Assembly (NCBI GenBank): GCA_013265495.1
Contig: MU058451.1
Span: 1-64,000, forward strand
Length of the DNA: 64,000 nt
Reading direction: 5' to 3'
From: Vicugna vicugna
Taxonomy: Eukaryota
The notes beneath the pieces were generated by a model. The model was not told the origin of the DNA and did no database searches. It worked only from the letters and a program-made list of their open reading frames with translations. How positions within the stretch are numbered: the stretch's first letter is position 1; each line of letters opens with the position of its first letter. The translations under genes were made by a program, and so were the position numbers. Below are positions 11,486 to 25,321 of the stretch, in pieces.

Positions 11486-11486
11486 T

Positions 11487-13014
<1,528 letters not shown>

Positions 13015-13017
<3 letters not shown>

Positions 13018-13083
13018 GAAGGAAGGAATCGAACCCTCTTCAATTGGTTTTAAGCCAACCCCATAGCCACTACGACTTTCTCG
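13015..13083 (-). tRNA. trnS: NUMT mt-tRNA-Ser(UCN) pseudo-copy
   Basis: ggaaggaatcgaaccc after COX1. Confidence 0.8.
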
Positions 13084-13088
13084 ATCTA

Positions 13089-13155
13089 GAGATATTAGTA
13101 AAATTTACATAACTTTGTCAAGGTTAAATTATAGGTGGGAGCCCTGTACATCTCT
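13089..13155 (+). tRNA. trnD: NUMT mt-tRNA-Asp pseudo-copy
   Basis: GAGATATTAGTAAAA...AACTTTGTCAAGGTT. Confidence 0.85.
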
Positions 13156-13839
13156 ATGGCTTATCCTTTTCAGCTAGGCTTCCAAGATGCTACATCGCCT
13201 ATTATAGAGGAACTACTATATTTTCATGATCACGCCTTGATGGTTGTATTTTTAATTAGCTCATTAGTTTTATAGATCATCACACTTATGCTGACAACCA
13301 AGTTAATGCACACAAGCACTATAGATGCGCAGGAGGTTGACACAATCTGAACTATTTTACCGGCTATCATCCTAATTACAATTGCTCTCCCATCACTATG
13401 AATTCTTTACATGATGGATGAAATTAATAATCCTGTTCTGACCATTAGAACAATCGGCCATCAGTGATACTGAAGTTACGAATATACGGATTATGAAGAT
13501 CTAAACTTTGACTCCTACATAGTCCCAACATCAGACCTAAAACCAGGCAAACTGCGATCATTGGAAGTAGACAACTGAGTTGTTTTGCCAATAGAAATAA
13601 CTACCCGGATATTAGTCACCTCTGAAGATGTACTACACTCATGAGCAGTCCCTTCTCTAGGACTGAAAACGGATGCAGTCCCTGGGCGCTTAAATCAAAA
13701 TACATTAATGTCAACATGGCCCGGACTCTTCTATGGACAATGCTCAGAAATTTGTGGATCAAACCACAGCTTTATGCCCATTGTCCTTGAAATGGTGCCA
13801 CTAAAATACTTTGAGGAGTGATCTACGTCTATGTTATAA
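13156..13839 (+). pseudogene. COX2: NUMT COX2 (684 nt, in-frame TAG at 13273)
   Basis: [20 protein letters not shown]...[17 protein letters not shown]. Confidence 0.93.
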
Positions 13840-13842
13840 ATT

Positions 13843-13910
13843 CATTAAGAAGCTAATTAGCATTAACCTTTTAAGTTAAAGAATGAGAGTCATAGGCCTC
13901 TCCTTAATGA
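13843..13910 (+). tRNA. trnK: NUMT mt-tRNA-Lys pseudo-copy
   Basis: CATTAAGAAGCT...TTAACCTTTTAAGTTAA. Confidence 0.85.
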
Positions 13911-13911
13911 T

Positions 13912-14114
13912 ATGCCTCAACTAGACACATCAACGTGATTTATCGCTATCCTATCAAGACTTCTGACCTTATTTGTCCTATTCCAATTAAAACTTTCCAA
14001 ACACAGCTACTCATCAAATCCTGAGTCTAAGTCCAGCAAAACATACAAACAAAACACCCCCTGAGAAACAAAATGAATGAAATTTATTTGCGTCTTTCAT
14101 TGCCCCAACAATAA
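13912..14114 (+). pseudogene. ATP8: NUMT ATP8
   Basis: Starts MPQLDTSTWF; 1-nt loss in the ATP8/ATP6 overlap. Confidence 0.9.
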
Positions 14115-14749
14115 TAGGAATCCCTATCATTATTATCATTATATTCCCAAGTACATTGCTCCCTACCCCTACCCGGCTAATTAATAACCGGCTCATCTCC
14201 ATCCAACACTGACTAGTCCGACTTACATCAAAGCAAATAATGGCTATTCACAATCATAAGGGACAGACCTGGTCCTTAATGCTAATATCCCTAATCATGT
14301 TCATCGGAACTACTAATCTTCTAGGACTCCTTCCACATTCGTTTACCCCTACTACACAGTTATCAATAAATCTGGGAATGGCGGTCCCCTTGTGGGCTGG
14401 GACTGTGGTTACTGGCTTTTGCAAGAAAACAAAAGCCTCACAAGCACACTTCCTTCCCCAAGGAACACTGACAGCGCTAATTCCTATACTAGTAGTTATT
14501 GAGACCATTAGTTTATTTATTCAACCCGTAGCACTAGCGGTGCGGCTGACAGCCAATATTACAGCAGGCCATTTATTAATATACCTAATTGGAGGAGCCA
14601 CCCTAGCACTAAAAAGCATCAATATGCCAACAGCTCTTATCACATTTACTGTTCTGGTCTTACTAACAATTCTTGAATTTGCTGTCGCCCTTATTCAGGC
14701 CGATGTATTTACTCTAGTAATGAGCCTGTACCTGCTCGATAATACTTAA
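14073..14749 (+). pseudogene. ATP6: NUMT ATP6, frameshifted near start
   Basis: ORF 14240-14749 [17 protein letters not shown]...[14 protein letters not shown]. Confidence 0.93.
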
Positions 14750-15538
14750 TGACCCACCAAGGCCACGCATACCACATAATAAACCCCAGCCCTTGGCCCC
14801 TTACGGGTGCCCTATCGACCCGTCTAATAACATCCGGCCTAACTATATGATTCCACTTCAACTCAGGCCTCCTATTGTCGCTAGGCCTAATTACAAATGT
14901 ACTAACAATACACCAATGATGACGAGACATTATCTGAGAAAGCACATTCCAAGGACACCACACCCCGGCTGTCCAAAAAGCCTTAAGACATGGGATGGTC
15001 CTCTTTATTATTTCAGAGGTTTTACTCTTTACCGGGTTTTTCTGAGCCTTTTATCACTCAAGCCTCGCCCCCACTCCCGAACTAGGTGTATGCTGGCCCC
15101 CAACAGGTATTCATCCCCTAAATCCACTGGAAGTCCCCATCCTCAGCACTTCTGTCCTGTTGGCCTCTGGAGTATCGATTACCTGAGGCCTCCATAGCCT
15201 AACAGATGGCAACCGGGCACACATGCTGGAAGCCCTGTCTATTACGATCGCCTTAGAGGTATACTTCACACTACTTCAGGCCTCAAGAGTATTATGAGGC
15301 ACCTTTCACAATCTCAGACAGCACAGCGTCTATGGACCCACCTTTTTTGTGGCCACTGGATTTCACGGCCTACATGTCATTATTGGGTCTACTTTTCCAG
15401 CCGTGTGCTTTCTGTGACAACTAAAACTCCACTTCACATCTAGCCACCATTTCGGGTTTGAAGCTGCTGCTTGATGTTGACATTGCATAGATGCCGTGTG
15501 ACTGTTCCTTTATGTCTCTGTCTATTGATGAGGATCTT
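14749..15538 (+). pseudogene. COX3: NUMT COX3, frameshifted
   Basis: [10 protein letters not shown]...[22 protein letters not shown]; small insertions near 15286 and 15320. Confidence 0.92.
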
Positions 15539-15607
15539 GTTCTTTTAGTATTAATTAGTACAACTGACTTCCAATCAGTTAAATTTGGAAAGTCCCGAAA
15601 AAGGATA
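15539..15607 (+). tRNA. trnG: NUMT mt-tRNA-Gly pseudo-copy
   Basis: TTCTTTTAGTAT...ACTGACTTCCAATCAGT. Confidence 0.85.
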
Positions 15608-15952
15608 ATTAACCTCATACTAGCCTTGCTTACAAATACTGTCCTAGCATCACTTCTAGTACTAATTGCATTCTGACTCCCTCAGCTAAACGTTTATGCA
15701 GAAAAAACAAGTCCCTATGAATGTGGATTTGACCCTATAGGGTCAGCACGCTTACCTTTTTCTATAAAATTTTTCCTAATCGCTATTACATTTCTTCTCT
15801 TTGATCTAGAAATTGCACTCCTCTTACCTCTGCCATGAGCATCCCAAACTATTTATATACCATGCTAGCTATAGCTCTTCTCCTCATCTCATTATTGGCA
15901 ATTAGCCTCACCTACAAATGAACCCAAAGGGGGCTCTAGAATGCACTGAATA
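15608..15952 (+). pseudogene. ND3: NUMT ND3
   Basis: [12 protein letters not shown]...[13 protein letters not shown]. Confidence 0.9.
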
Positions 15953-16020
15953 TGATAATCAGTTTAAATAAGATTAATGATTTTGACTCATTAGATTGTG
16001 ATTAAATTCATAATTATCAA
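15953..16020 (+). tRNA. trnR: NUMT mt-tRNA-Arg pseudo-copy
   Basis: Between ND3 and ND4L; anticodon TCG decayed to TTG (aatgattttgactcatt). Confidence 0.8.
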
Positions 16021-16315
16021 ATGTCTTTAGTGTATTATGAATATCATCCTGGCACTTATTATACCCCTTGTTGGCTTTTAATAATATATTGATCTCATTT
16101 AATATCCTCCTTACTCTGCCTAGGGGGTGTAATACTCTCACTCTTTGTATTAGCATCCCTTATAATTCTAAATACACACCTCACCCTGGCCACCATAATA
16201 CCTATTATTCTCCTGGTATTCACGGCATGCGAAGCCACACTGGGCCTTGTTAGTGATAATCTCAAACACATATGGTACAGATTATGTACAAAATCTTTAC
16301 CTTTTACAATGCTAA
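16021..16315 (+). pseudogene. ND4L: NUMT ND4L, frameshifted
   Basis: ATGTCTTTAGTG start; LLVFTACEA; ends ...CAATGCTAA overlapping ND4. Confidence 0.88.
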
Positions 16316-17841
16316 AAGTCATTTTACCCTCCATTATACTAATTCCCCTAATTTGGTTGTCAAAAAACAGCATAATCTGAATTAATTCCACTAGGCACAG
16401 CCTACTAATTAGCCTTATCGGCCTCTTCATACTCAACCAGTGTAGCAACAACAGCACCAACTTCTCACTTACGTTCTTTTCAGATTCCCTATCAGCACCC
16501 TTACTAGCCCTAACAACATGACTATTGCCTCTAATGCTTATCGCCAGCCAATCCCACCTATCTAAAGAGCCTGTAACACGAAAAAAACCATGTATTACAC
16601 TATACTGGTTCTACTCCAAGCTTTCCTAATCATGACATTCACTGCATCAGAACTAATTATGTTTTATGTATTGTTTGAAGCAACCCTAGTCCCCACTTTG
16701 ATTATTATTACCCGATGAGGTAACCAAACGGAGCGACTAAACGCAGGCTCTTATCTTATGTTTTATACACTAGCAGGGTCCTTACCACTTTTAGTTGCAC
16801 TTGTTTATATTCAAAACACAACGGGCTCCCTAAATTTCCTAATCATGCAATACTGAACTACTGTGGCATGCATAATAGCTTTCATGGTGAAAATACCAGT
16901 GTATGGACTACATCTCTAACTCCCTAAAGCCCATGTAGAGGCCCCAGTTGCAGGGTCTATAGTTCTAGCTGCAGTTTTACTCAAACTAGGGGGCTACGGC
17001 ATGCTACAAATCACAGCTATCCTAAATCCTCTAACAGAGTACATAGTATACCCGAATGCATAATAGCTTTCATGGTGAAAATACCCGTGTATGGACTACA
17101 TCTCTAACTCCCTAAAGCCCATGTAGAGGCCCCAGTTGCAGGGTCTATAGTTCTAGCTGCAGTTTTACTCAAACTAGGGGGCTACGGCATGCTACAAATC
17201 ACAGCTATCCTAAATCCTCTAACAGAGTACATAGTATACCCGTTCTTAATGTTGTCACTCTGAGACATACTTATGACTAGCTCCATCTGCTTACGCCAGA
17301 CTGACCTCAAATCACTCACTGCATACTCCTCGGTTAGCCACATAGCCCTGGTTATTGTAGCTATTTTAATTCAAACGCCTTGAAGTTACATGGGAGCCAC
17401 CATCCTTATAGACGCCCACGGACTCACGTCCTCCATACTCTTCTGCCTGGCTAACACAAACTACGAGTGCACCCATAGCCGGACAATAATTCTAGCATGG
17501 GGCTTACAAACATTTCTTCCATTAATGGCAATATGATGACTGCTAGCAAGCCTTACTAACTTGGCCCTGCCCCCCACAGACAAGCTAATCGGGGAACTAT
17601 TTGTAATTATATCTTCATTTTCATGATCTAATATCACAATCATTTTAATAGGGGCCAATATGATAAATTACAGCTCTATACTCCCTATACATGCTCATTA
17701 TAACACAATGGGGCAAATATATTTATCATATTAGTAACATCAAACTGACATTCACACGAGAAAACTCCCTCATGGCCCTGCACATGCTACGCCCACTAAT
17801 ACTATCACTTAACCCTAAGATCATCATGGGCTTCATGTACT
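16309..17841 (+). pseudogene. ND4: NUMT ND4 with internal deletion and 188-bp tandem duplication
   Basis: Motifs [25 protein letters not shown]; the duplicated block is directly visible. Confidence 0.92.
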
Positions 17842-17910
17842 GTAAATATAATTTATGAAAAACACTAGATTGTGGATCTAGCAATAAGAGATTAGAACTC
17901 TTTACTTACC
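17842..17910 (+). tRNA. trnH: NUMT mt-tRNA-His pseudo-copy
   Basis: GTAAATATA...TAGATTGTGGATCTA. Confidence 0.85.
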
Positions 17911-17969
17911 GAAAAAGCATCCAAGAACTGCTAATTCATGCTACCATATCTAACAGTATGGCTTTTTCA
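17911..17969 (+). tRNA. trnS: NUMT mt-tRNA-Ser(AGY) pseudo-copy
   Basis: GAAAAAGCAT..CAAGAACTGCTAATTCATG. Confidence 0.8.
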
Positions 17970-17970
17970 A

Positions 17971-18040
17971 ACTTTTAAAGGATAGAAGTAATCCGTTGGT
18001 CTTAGGACCCAAAACATTGGTGCAACTCCAAATAAAAGTA
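17971..18040 (+). tRNA. trnL: NUMT mt-tRNA-Leu(CUN) pseudo-copy
   Basis: ACTTTTAAAGGATAG...TTGGTCTTAGGACC...GGTGCAACTCCAAATAAAAGTA. Confidence 0.88.
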
Positions 18041-19856
18041 ATAAACATATTTGCAGCCTTCACATTACTCACACTATTTATACTCATGCTACCAATCATT
18101 GTAACAACCTTCAGCATTTATAAAAGCAAAATATATCCCCTGTACATAAAAAACATTATTGCATGTAGCTTCACTGTAAGTTTAGTCCCAGCCATAATAT
18201 TTATTCACTCAGGACAAGAAATGATTATCTCAAACTGACAATGAATCACAATTCACACCCTAAAATTATCACTTAGCTTCAAAATAGATTATTTCTCAAT
18301 GATATTTGTGCCAGTCGCACTATTCGTGACATGATCCATTATAGAATTTAATATGATACATACGCTCTGACCGCAACATTAATAAATTCTTGAAATACCT
18401 GCTCCTCTTCCTTATCACAATTCTAATCCTCGTTATCGCTAACAACCTATTTCAACTATTTATTGGCTGAGAGGGGGTGAGAATTATATCTTTCTTATTA
18501 ACTGGATGATGACATGGCCAAGCAGATGCAAACACAGCAGCCTTGCAAGCAATCCTATACAAAAGCATTGGGGATATTGGATTTGTAGCATCCATGGCCT
18601 GGTTCCTAACTAATCCAAACACATGAGAACTTCAACAAATCTTTATGCTTAAACAGGGCCACCCCAATATGCCACTAATGGGCCTTCTTCTAGCTGCGGC
18701 TGGAAAATCTGCCCAATTTGGCCTACACCCCTGATTACCCTCTGCAATAGGAGGCCCCACTCCTGTATCGCCCTACTACACTCAAGCAGGATAGTTGTAG
18801 CAGGGGTTTTCCTATTCATTCGATTTTACCCCCTAATAGAAAACAACAAAACAATTAAAACTATGACACTATGCCTAGGCGCAATCACCACACTATTCAC
18901 AGCAATTTGTGCACTGACACAAAATGACATTAAGAAGATTGTCGCCTTTTCCACCTCAAGCCAGTTGGGTCTCATGATAGTAACAAATGGCATTAAATCA
19001 ACCCCACCTGGCATTTCTACACATCTGCACACATGCTTTTTTCAAGGCCATACCATTCATGTGCTTGGGCTCCATCATTCACAGCCTGAATGACGAACAA
19101 GACATTCGAAAAATAGGGGTTCTCTTCAAAGCCATACCTTCCGCCACCACAGCCCTCATTGTTGGCAGCCTGGCCCTAACCAGAATCCCGTGCCTCACAG
19201 GATTCTACTTCAAGGACATAATTATTGAGGCTGCCAACACGTCGTATACCAACGCCTGAGCCTTTCTTACTACTCTGATTGCCACATCCCTTACAGCTGT
19301 CTATAGCACTCGCATCATCTTATATGCCCTCTTAGGTCAACCCCACTTTCCTGCATTAGTTCTAATTAACGAAAATAATCCCCTCCTTATTAACTCCATC
19401 AAACGTCTACTGATTGGGAGCATCTTTGCTGGATTCTTTATGTCCAACAATATTCCCCCCATGACAATTCCCCAAATAACAATGCCCCCCCACCTAAAAT
19501 TAACCGCCCTTGCAGTGACAATCTCAGGCTTCGTCCTAGCAATAGACATTAATATCGTAACACAGAACCTAAAATTTACCCAGCCCTCAAAGGTATTTAA
19601 ATTCTCCAACCTCCTGGGTTTCTTCCCTATTCTCATACACTGCCTGATTCCCTACCTAAACCTCTCGATAAGCCAAAAATCAGCATCCCTACCACTAGAC
19701 CTAGTCTGACTATAGGCTGTCCTGCCAAAAACTATTTCCCTCATACCAGTGAAGGCTTCCACACTAGTATCTGACCACAAAGGACTCATTAAGCTATACT
19801 TCCTCTCATTTATTACCCTGGCCCTGATCATAGCCCTGTTTAATTACCCCACGTAA
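18041..19856 (+). pseudogene. ND5: NUMT ND5, frameshifted
   Basis: [33 protein letters not shown] and [15 protein letters not shown] occur in different frames. Confidence 0.93.
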
Positions 19857-20367
19857 TCTCTATAATAACAACCACACAACAAACAGGGATCAACCAGTAA
19901 CAATCAGCAATCAAGTATCATAACTGTACAGAGCGGCAATCCCCATTGCCTCCTCACTAAAAAACCCAGAATCCCCTGCATCATAAATAACTCAGTCCCC
20001 TAGCTCATTCAACTTAAAAACAACTGCCACCTCCCCTCCTTTTAGTACATAAATGACCATAACTATTTCCACCATTAAACCAAAGACAAAACCCCTAAAC
20101 ACTGTTTTATTAGAGACCCAGACTTCAGGGTACTGCTCCATAGCTATGGCTGTAGTATAGCCAAATACCACTAGTATCCCTCCCAAATAAATCAAAACTA
20201 CTATTAGACCTAAGAAAGACCCCCCCAAAACTTAATACAATGCCACAACTCACCCCATCACTTACAATTAACCCTACTCCCCCATAAATCGGAGAAGGCT
20301 TAGAAGAAAAACTAACAAAGCCAGTCACAAAAATAATACTCAGAATAAATACAATGTATGTCATCAT
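19840..20367 (-). pseudogene. ND6: NUMT ND6, frameshifted
   Basis: [10 protein letters not shown]...[10 protein letters not shown] and LIYLGG...FGYTTA lie in two frames. Confidence 0.92.
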
Positions 20368-20368
20368 A

Positions 20369-20438
20369 TATTCCTACCATGGACTCAAACCACAACTAAT
20401 GACATGAAAAATCATCGTTGTAATTTAACTACAAGAAC
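20369..20438 (-). tRNA. trnE: NUMT mt-tRNA-Glu pseudo-copy
   Basis: catgaaaaatcatcgttgta...actacaagaac before CYTB. Confidence 0.82.
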
Positions 20439-20442
20439 CCTA

Positions 20443-21582
20443 ATGACCAACATCCGAAAATCACACCCGCTACTGAAAATTATCAACAACGCAGTCATTG
20501 ATCTCCCAGCCCCCTCCAATATTTCATCCTGATGAAACTTTGGCCCCTTACTAGGAGTCTGCCTCATCATGCAAATCCTAACGGGACTCTTCCTAGCTAT
20601 ACACTATACATCAGACACAGCAACCGCCTTTTCTTCAGTTCCACATATTTGCCGAGACATAAATTATGGCTGAATCATCCAGTACCTACATACTAACGGG
20701 GCCTCTATATTCTTTCTTTGCTTATATATTCACGTAGGCCGAGGGCTTTACTATGGCTCATATGCTTTCCTAGAAACTTGAAATATCGGAATTATCTTGT
20801 TATTTGCGGTAATAGCAACAGCCTTCATAGGCTATGTCCTCCCCTGAGGACAAATTCATTTTGAGGAGCAACAGTAATCACCAACCTACTTCCAGCAATC
20901 CCACACATCGGCACAACGCTGGCAGAGTGAATTTGAGGGGGCTTCTCTGTAGACAAAGCCACTCTAACACGATTCTTTGCCTTCCACTTTATTCCGCTCT
21001 TCATCACCACAGCCTTGGAAGGAGTACACCTATTATTTCTACACGAAACTGGCTCCAATAACCCGACTGGATTCTCCTCAGATACAGACAAAATCCCGTT
21101 CCACCCATACTATACAATTAAAGACATTTTCGGTGTCTTACTGCTAGTCCTAGCCCGACTTATCCTCGTACTATTCTCACCAGACCTATTAGGAGACCCC
21201 GAAAATTATACCCCAGCCAACCCCCTCAACACACTGCTGCATATCAAGCCAGAACAGTATTTTTTATTCACATATGCCATCTTACAGTCAATTCCTAATA
21301 AACCAGGGGGTGTCTTGGCCCTAGTACTCTCAATCCTAGTTCTAGCACTAATCCCAGTACTACACACATCCAAACAACGAAGTATAATATTCCGCCCCAT
21401 CAGCCAGTGCTTATTCTGAATCCTACTGGCTGACCTATTAACCTTGACCTGAATTAGAGGACAACCTGTTGAGCCCCCTTTCATTACGATTAGCCAAGTA
21501 GCATCTACCCTGTACTTCTCCTTAATCTTAATTTTAAATGCCAGAAGCAGGAATCATTGAGAACCGCCTCCTAAAGTGAAGA
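20443..21582 (+). pseudogene. CYTB: NUMT CYTB, frameshifted
   Basis: [28 protein letters not shown]; ends AGA. Confidence 0.93.
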
Positions 21583-21651
21583 GTCGTTGTAGCATATTGA
21601 TTACGCTGGTCTTGTAAACCATTAAAGGAGGACCATGCCCTCCTTAAGACA
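21583..21651 (+). tRNA. trnT: NUMT mt-tRNA-Thr pseudo-copy
   Basis: CTGGTCTTGTAAACCA anticodon arm. Confidence 0.82.
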
Positions 21652-21716
21652 CAGGAAAGAGGCCAAAGCCCCACCACCAGCACCCAAACCTAGAATTCTT
21701 ATTAAACTACTCCCTG
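21652..21716 (-). tRNA. trnP: NUMT mt-tRNA-Pro pseudo-copy
   Basis: caccagcacccaaa...attaaactactccctg. Confidence 0.82.
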
Positions 21717-21824
21717 ACCGCACACCACAGAAGCTGAAAGTCCTTGAGTACAATACTACTACTAAAAACAACATCATGTCTCAGGTACATGCATTTTTCC
21801 AATACTTACATGTCACAGCATGCG
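21717..21824 (+). other. NUMT 5' fragment of the mitochondrial control region
   Basis: Follows trnP; tacat motifs; catgtcacagcatgcg resembles the camelid control region as I recall it. Confidence 0.7.
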
Positions 21825-21972
21825 AAGCTGTAACCCTGAAAATCGCGTAAGACCGAACCTAAGCCTCACACAGAAACTAGCCCGAACTGTAAACGTATCC
21901 CTAACCCTGAACATACCTCTATTCTTCAACCTAGTCCAACCGTGTCCCTAGCCCTAACCCTGCATCTAGCCA
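21825..21972 (+). repeat. Degenerate telomere-like satellite copy 2, right arm
   Basis: aaccctg/ccctaac variants; its end is homologous to 4870-4920. Confidence 0.8.
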
Positions 21973-21999
21973 CATCCCTCCTTTAGGACATTCTATATA

Positions 22000-22600
22000 T
22001 AGTATCATGGCCCAGGCCTCACCTACCCAGCCCTCCCTTTCCGCCTCCCCAATGCAGCCAAGGCCTCAATCACGAGCTACCCGACATGGGCGCCCCGACC
22101 AGCGCCCCCTTACCTGCCAGGCGACAGCAGCAGAGGCGAAGGCACGCGGTGGCCCGGACCCAAAGCCCATGTTCTTCCTCGGGGAGCCGGCCCAGGAGCA
22201 CCCGTCTCCGGCTCAGCTTCCACACGCTCTGGGCGGGCTCCTGCGTCCGTCCACAAGTGTGTATCCGTGGGTGCGGTGCCCTCAGCTCCTCCTGCGGGTA
22301 CAGCAGACGCCGCGGCTGGGACTCCTGAGCTGCAGGACGCTACGAGTGGGCCGAGCCAGGCTATGTGGGGCTCCGCAGTGCGACGGTGGGGAGGTGGGGC
22401 TGCCCCGCCCCATTGCCCAGGATTGGCTGCCCATGTCTCCGACCCCAACCTGGTCCCGGCACCCTTTAAGAACCACTACCCTTCCAGGGCGAGGCCACAC
22501 CCCAAAGTCCCACTCCCCACGCTCGCCGCCACACAAACCCCCCAGCCCTGTCACGGCCCTCGCACCCCCCAGCCAGGCCTGATCCCGGATCAGACCCACA
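22000..22600 (+). repeat. CpG/GC-rich repeat unit, copy 3
   Basis: Same start (tatagtatcatggcccaggcctcacctac) as 4942. Confidence 0.85.
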
Positions 22601-22699
22601 ATACACGGAACAAAGAAAACAAAAAATAAATGAAAGAAAGAAACAAAAGAAAGACAGCAAGAGAAAAGACAAGGACAAATGAGCATAAATGCAACATAA

Positions 22700-23000
22700 A
22701 AACAGACTCATAGTCATAGAGTACAAACTTGTGTAAACCAGATTGGATGGGAGTGGGAGAGGATGAACTGGGAGCTCTGAACTTACAGATACTGACAGGT
22801 ATATAAAGAATAGGTAACAAGATTATACCGTATAGCACTGGGAAATATATGCAAGATCTTGTGGTGGCTGATGTTGAAAGAGTATGCAACAATGACCATA
22901 TGTATGTTCATGTATAACTGAAAAATTGTGCTCTACACTGGAAATTGACACAACATTGTAAACTGACTATAACTCAATAAAATAAAATTGAAAAATAAGT
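22700..23000 (+). mobile_element. LINE-1 3' end with A-rich tail
   Basis: acagactcatag...tatagcactgggaaatatat...gactataactcaataaaataaaa. Confidence 0.75.
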
Positions 23001-23233
23001 GAAGAAAGGACAATAAAATCATACATCGACCATCAGTCATCCACATGGGAAAAATACAATCCTTCTCTTGATCTCTTTACAAAAATACATCCGATACATT
23101 AAAAGCCTAAATGTCAAGGCCCAAACCATGAAACTCATAAGGGGACATCCTTTATGCTATTAAAGTAGGAAGGGAAATAAAAGGCACACACATAAAATTT
23201 TCACTTTAAAGGAAAAGACTGAGGTAGCCCAAT

Positions 23234-23759
23234 TGCAACAGAGGAGAACAGATCTGACTCTATATTGGATCTGTTCCTTTAAGACTTAACCACTGTGCCC
23301 TGTTTTCTAGGCTTCTTGCTGGCTCTGCTCCTTTTATGCAACAGTTGCCTTTAGCCTGAAACAAACAGGAGAGCCTATTCATGGGTCTCTGCCCTTTAAG
23401 GATATTGACACTTCTGCACTGAAACAAAGATAAAAAGTTGCAATAGAGAAACTAACCTTTCTTTTGTTGGAGGTTTACAGAGACACCATGGCCTGATCCA
23501 CACTGAGGGCTGCAAAAACAAACAATTCCTATAGCATGAAGTTTGTGACAACCAACCACACCTTCCTTCCTCCCATTATTTTGTAGGAAGGGAGCCTGTA
23601 TTCTAAATGGAGCAGAACGGTTCCCAAAGACATTAGCCTGCCATCCTCTCGGTCTGCCAGCTTGCCAAATAAAGTCACTATTCCTTGTCCTAACACCTTA
23701 CACCTCCTGAATTACTGGCCTGCTGTGCACCGAGCAGAACAAGCTTCGACTTGGTAACA
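23234..23759 (+). mobile_element. Solo LTR (ERV1-like)
   Basis: TG...CA ends, AATAAA near 23668, near-4-bp TSD caat/ctat; homologous to 31700-32200. Confidence 0.7.
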
Positions 23760-24659
23760 CTATGAATCCATTTTACACATGAACAGACTGAGGCACAGAC
23801 AAGTCAAGGAACTTCCCAAGATCACACAGCCAGTAAGTTGGACTCCTGGGGTTCGAGCACTGGCCATCTGGCTCAAGGCTCAATGCTCTCAACCACTTAC
23901 AGTTTTGGAAAACAGGACAGGATCAGAGCCAACCCAGACTTCCAACTCAGAGGGTGCCATTCCTGGGGTCACGGCCCTACGGCCTAGCACATCCTGCTGT
24001 CCTGCACAAACGCCTCCCTGCCCTGTAGTCCCAGACACAAATTTGCCAAGAGCCAGGTAGATAACTTAAGATGCACGAACCAGACCCCGGGCTACAGGGT
24101 GGGGTGGGGACTGTGTGAACTGGAAGATACTCCCCCCCCACTATAGATGGCAGCCACCACTCATCTAAAGGCAAGTGTGAATTACACGCCTGTCATTGCC
24201 ACATCTTCTGCTTGTTCAAGACTAATCAGAAGTTGAGACCTTTATATGGCATCTTGGGTTATAAATGCTGGCAGCAGATTGACATTGTGAAATGCTGTTA
24301 CCTCAAAACCTATCTGTGAGCCCAAGTCTGATTAGGGCCCCCCTCCCCACCTCAACTTGTAACCTTGATAATAAACAAAAGGAACTGAACTAAATCCACA
24401 ATCTTGGAAGCAGAAAACGGGTAAGTTCAGTGTTCTCCGCCTCCTGACTGGGAGGAAGCCCCAGGCACCCAAAATCAGCGGTTTCCGGTCCCAGGGCCCT
24501 GACACAGCTGAGAAAGGGGTCCTCACTCTTCCTGTCCCCTATCTGGGCATGCAGGGACATGGAACCTGGGGATGAACCCATTCTGGATCCTACTATGTTC
24601 CACGTTAAGTGCCAAAGGCCACAAAACCTCCACGTCACACCCTTCCCTGCCCAACTGAC

Positions 24660-24779
24660 TTCCATTTGTCTCTGAATGTTGTCCACCAGGGTCTCGACGG
24701 AACTCGCGATGTTCCAGGGGGCCTCCTGGGTGCTGACCTGGATCAAGCTCCGGCCACAGAGTGTACACACCTCTTTCTA
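24660..24779 (-). pseudogene. PREX1: PREX1-like exon ([22 protein letters not shown]...LVDNIQR)
   Basis: Matches PREX1 [34 protein letters not shown]; 5' end degraded. Confidence 0.8.
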
Positions 24780-25011
24780 AGTGACGTGAGGGCAGCAAAG
24801 GGACACTTAGGGAGCTTTGGAAAATGGTGGCACAAAGGTCCGACGCTAGATCCCAAAGCTCACAATCCTAGACCAAGGATGCTGCCAGGACTCGTGGGTA
24901 TTACTTGGTCCACAGAAGGTACTATGAACTGGTAGGACACTTACCACGTTATTTCCCTTCTTTGGCCCAGATGCCACCCCTAGCCCTGCCTGGGAAAGCT
25001 TCTCTGCTCAC

Positions 25012-25103
25012 CTTGCGAGCTGGGGCCCATGGGGAAATCCTTGGTCTCTTCAGAAGCCTTGCTCATGACCCAGCCCCTTGACGAGTGTGCGGATGGAATC
25101 CCC
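25012..25103 (-). pseudogene. PREX1: PREX1-like exon, frameshifted
   Basis: cag|GGG GAT TCC ATC...VMSKASEETKDFPM...CAAG|gtgag versus [25 protein letters not shown]; 1-nt insertion. Confidence 0.8.
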
Positions 25104-25238
25104 CTGGTCCGTACGAAGCTCTGGTCAGTCTGGCCCCCCAGGGTCCCGCGGTCCCTGCCATGGCTCCTGGCTTGTGGGTTCTCACAGAGGGGATGGGAAG
25201 AACTCAAGGTCAGGCCAGGGTTGGGACACAGGTCCTAC

Positions 25239-25321
25239 CTGGTTGGAGAGATGCTCCAGGCAGCCGTGAAGCTTGTCCTGCTTGTCCGATGGGATCCTCA
25301 TGGCACAGGGCAGCTCGTCGC
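25239..25321 (-). pseudogene. PREX1: PREX1-like exon ([27 protein letters not shown])
   Basis: Near-identical to PREX1 [27 protein letters not shown]; donor CAG|gtagg. Confidence 0.88.

Noticed and set aside
14240..14749. 169-aa ATP6 ORF open in the standard code as a domesticated nuclear gene
   Set aside because: This part of ATP6 has few Trp codons, so an open frame is plausible by chance; there is an upstream frameshift and no targeting peptide or promoter evidence
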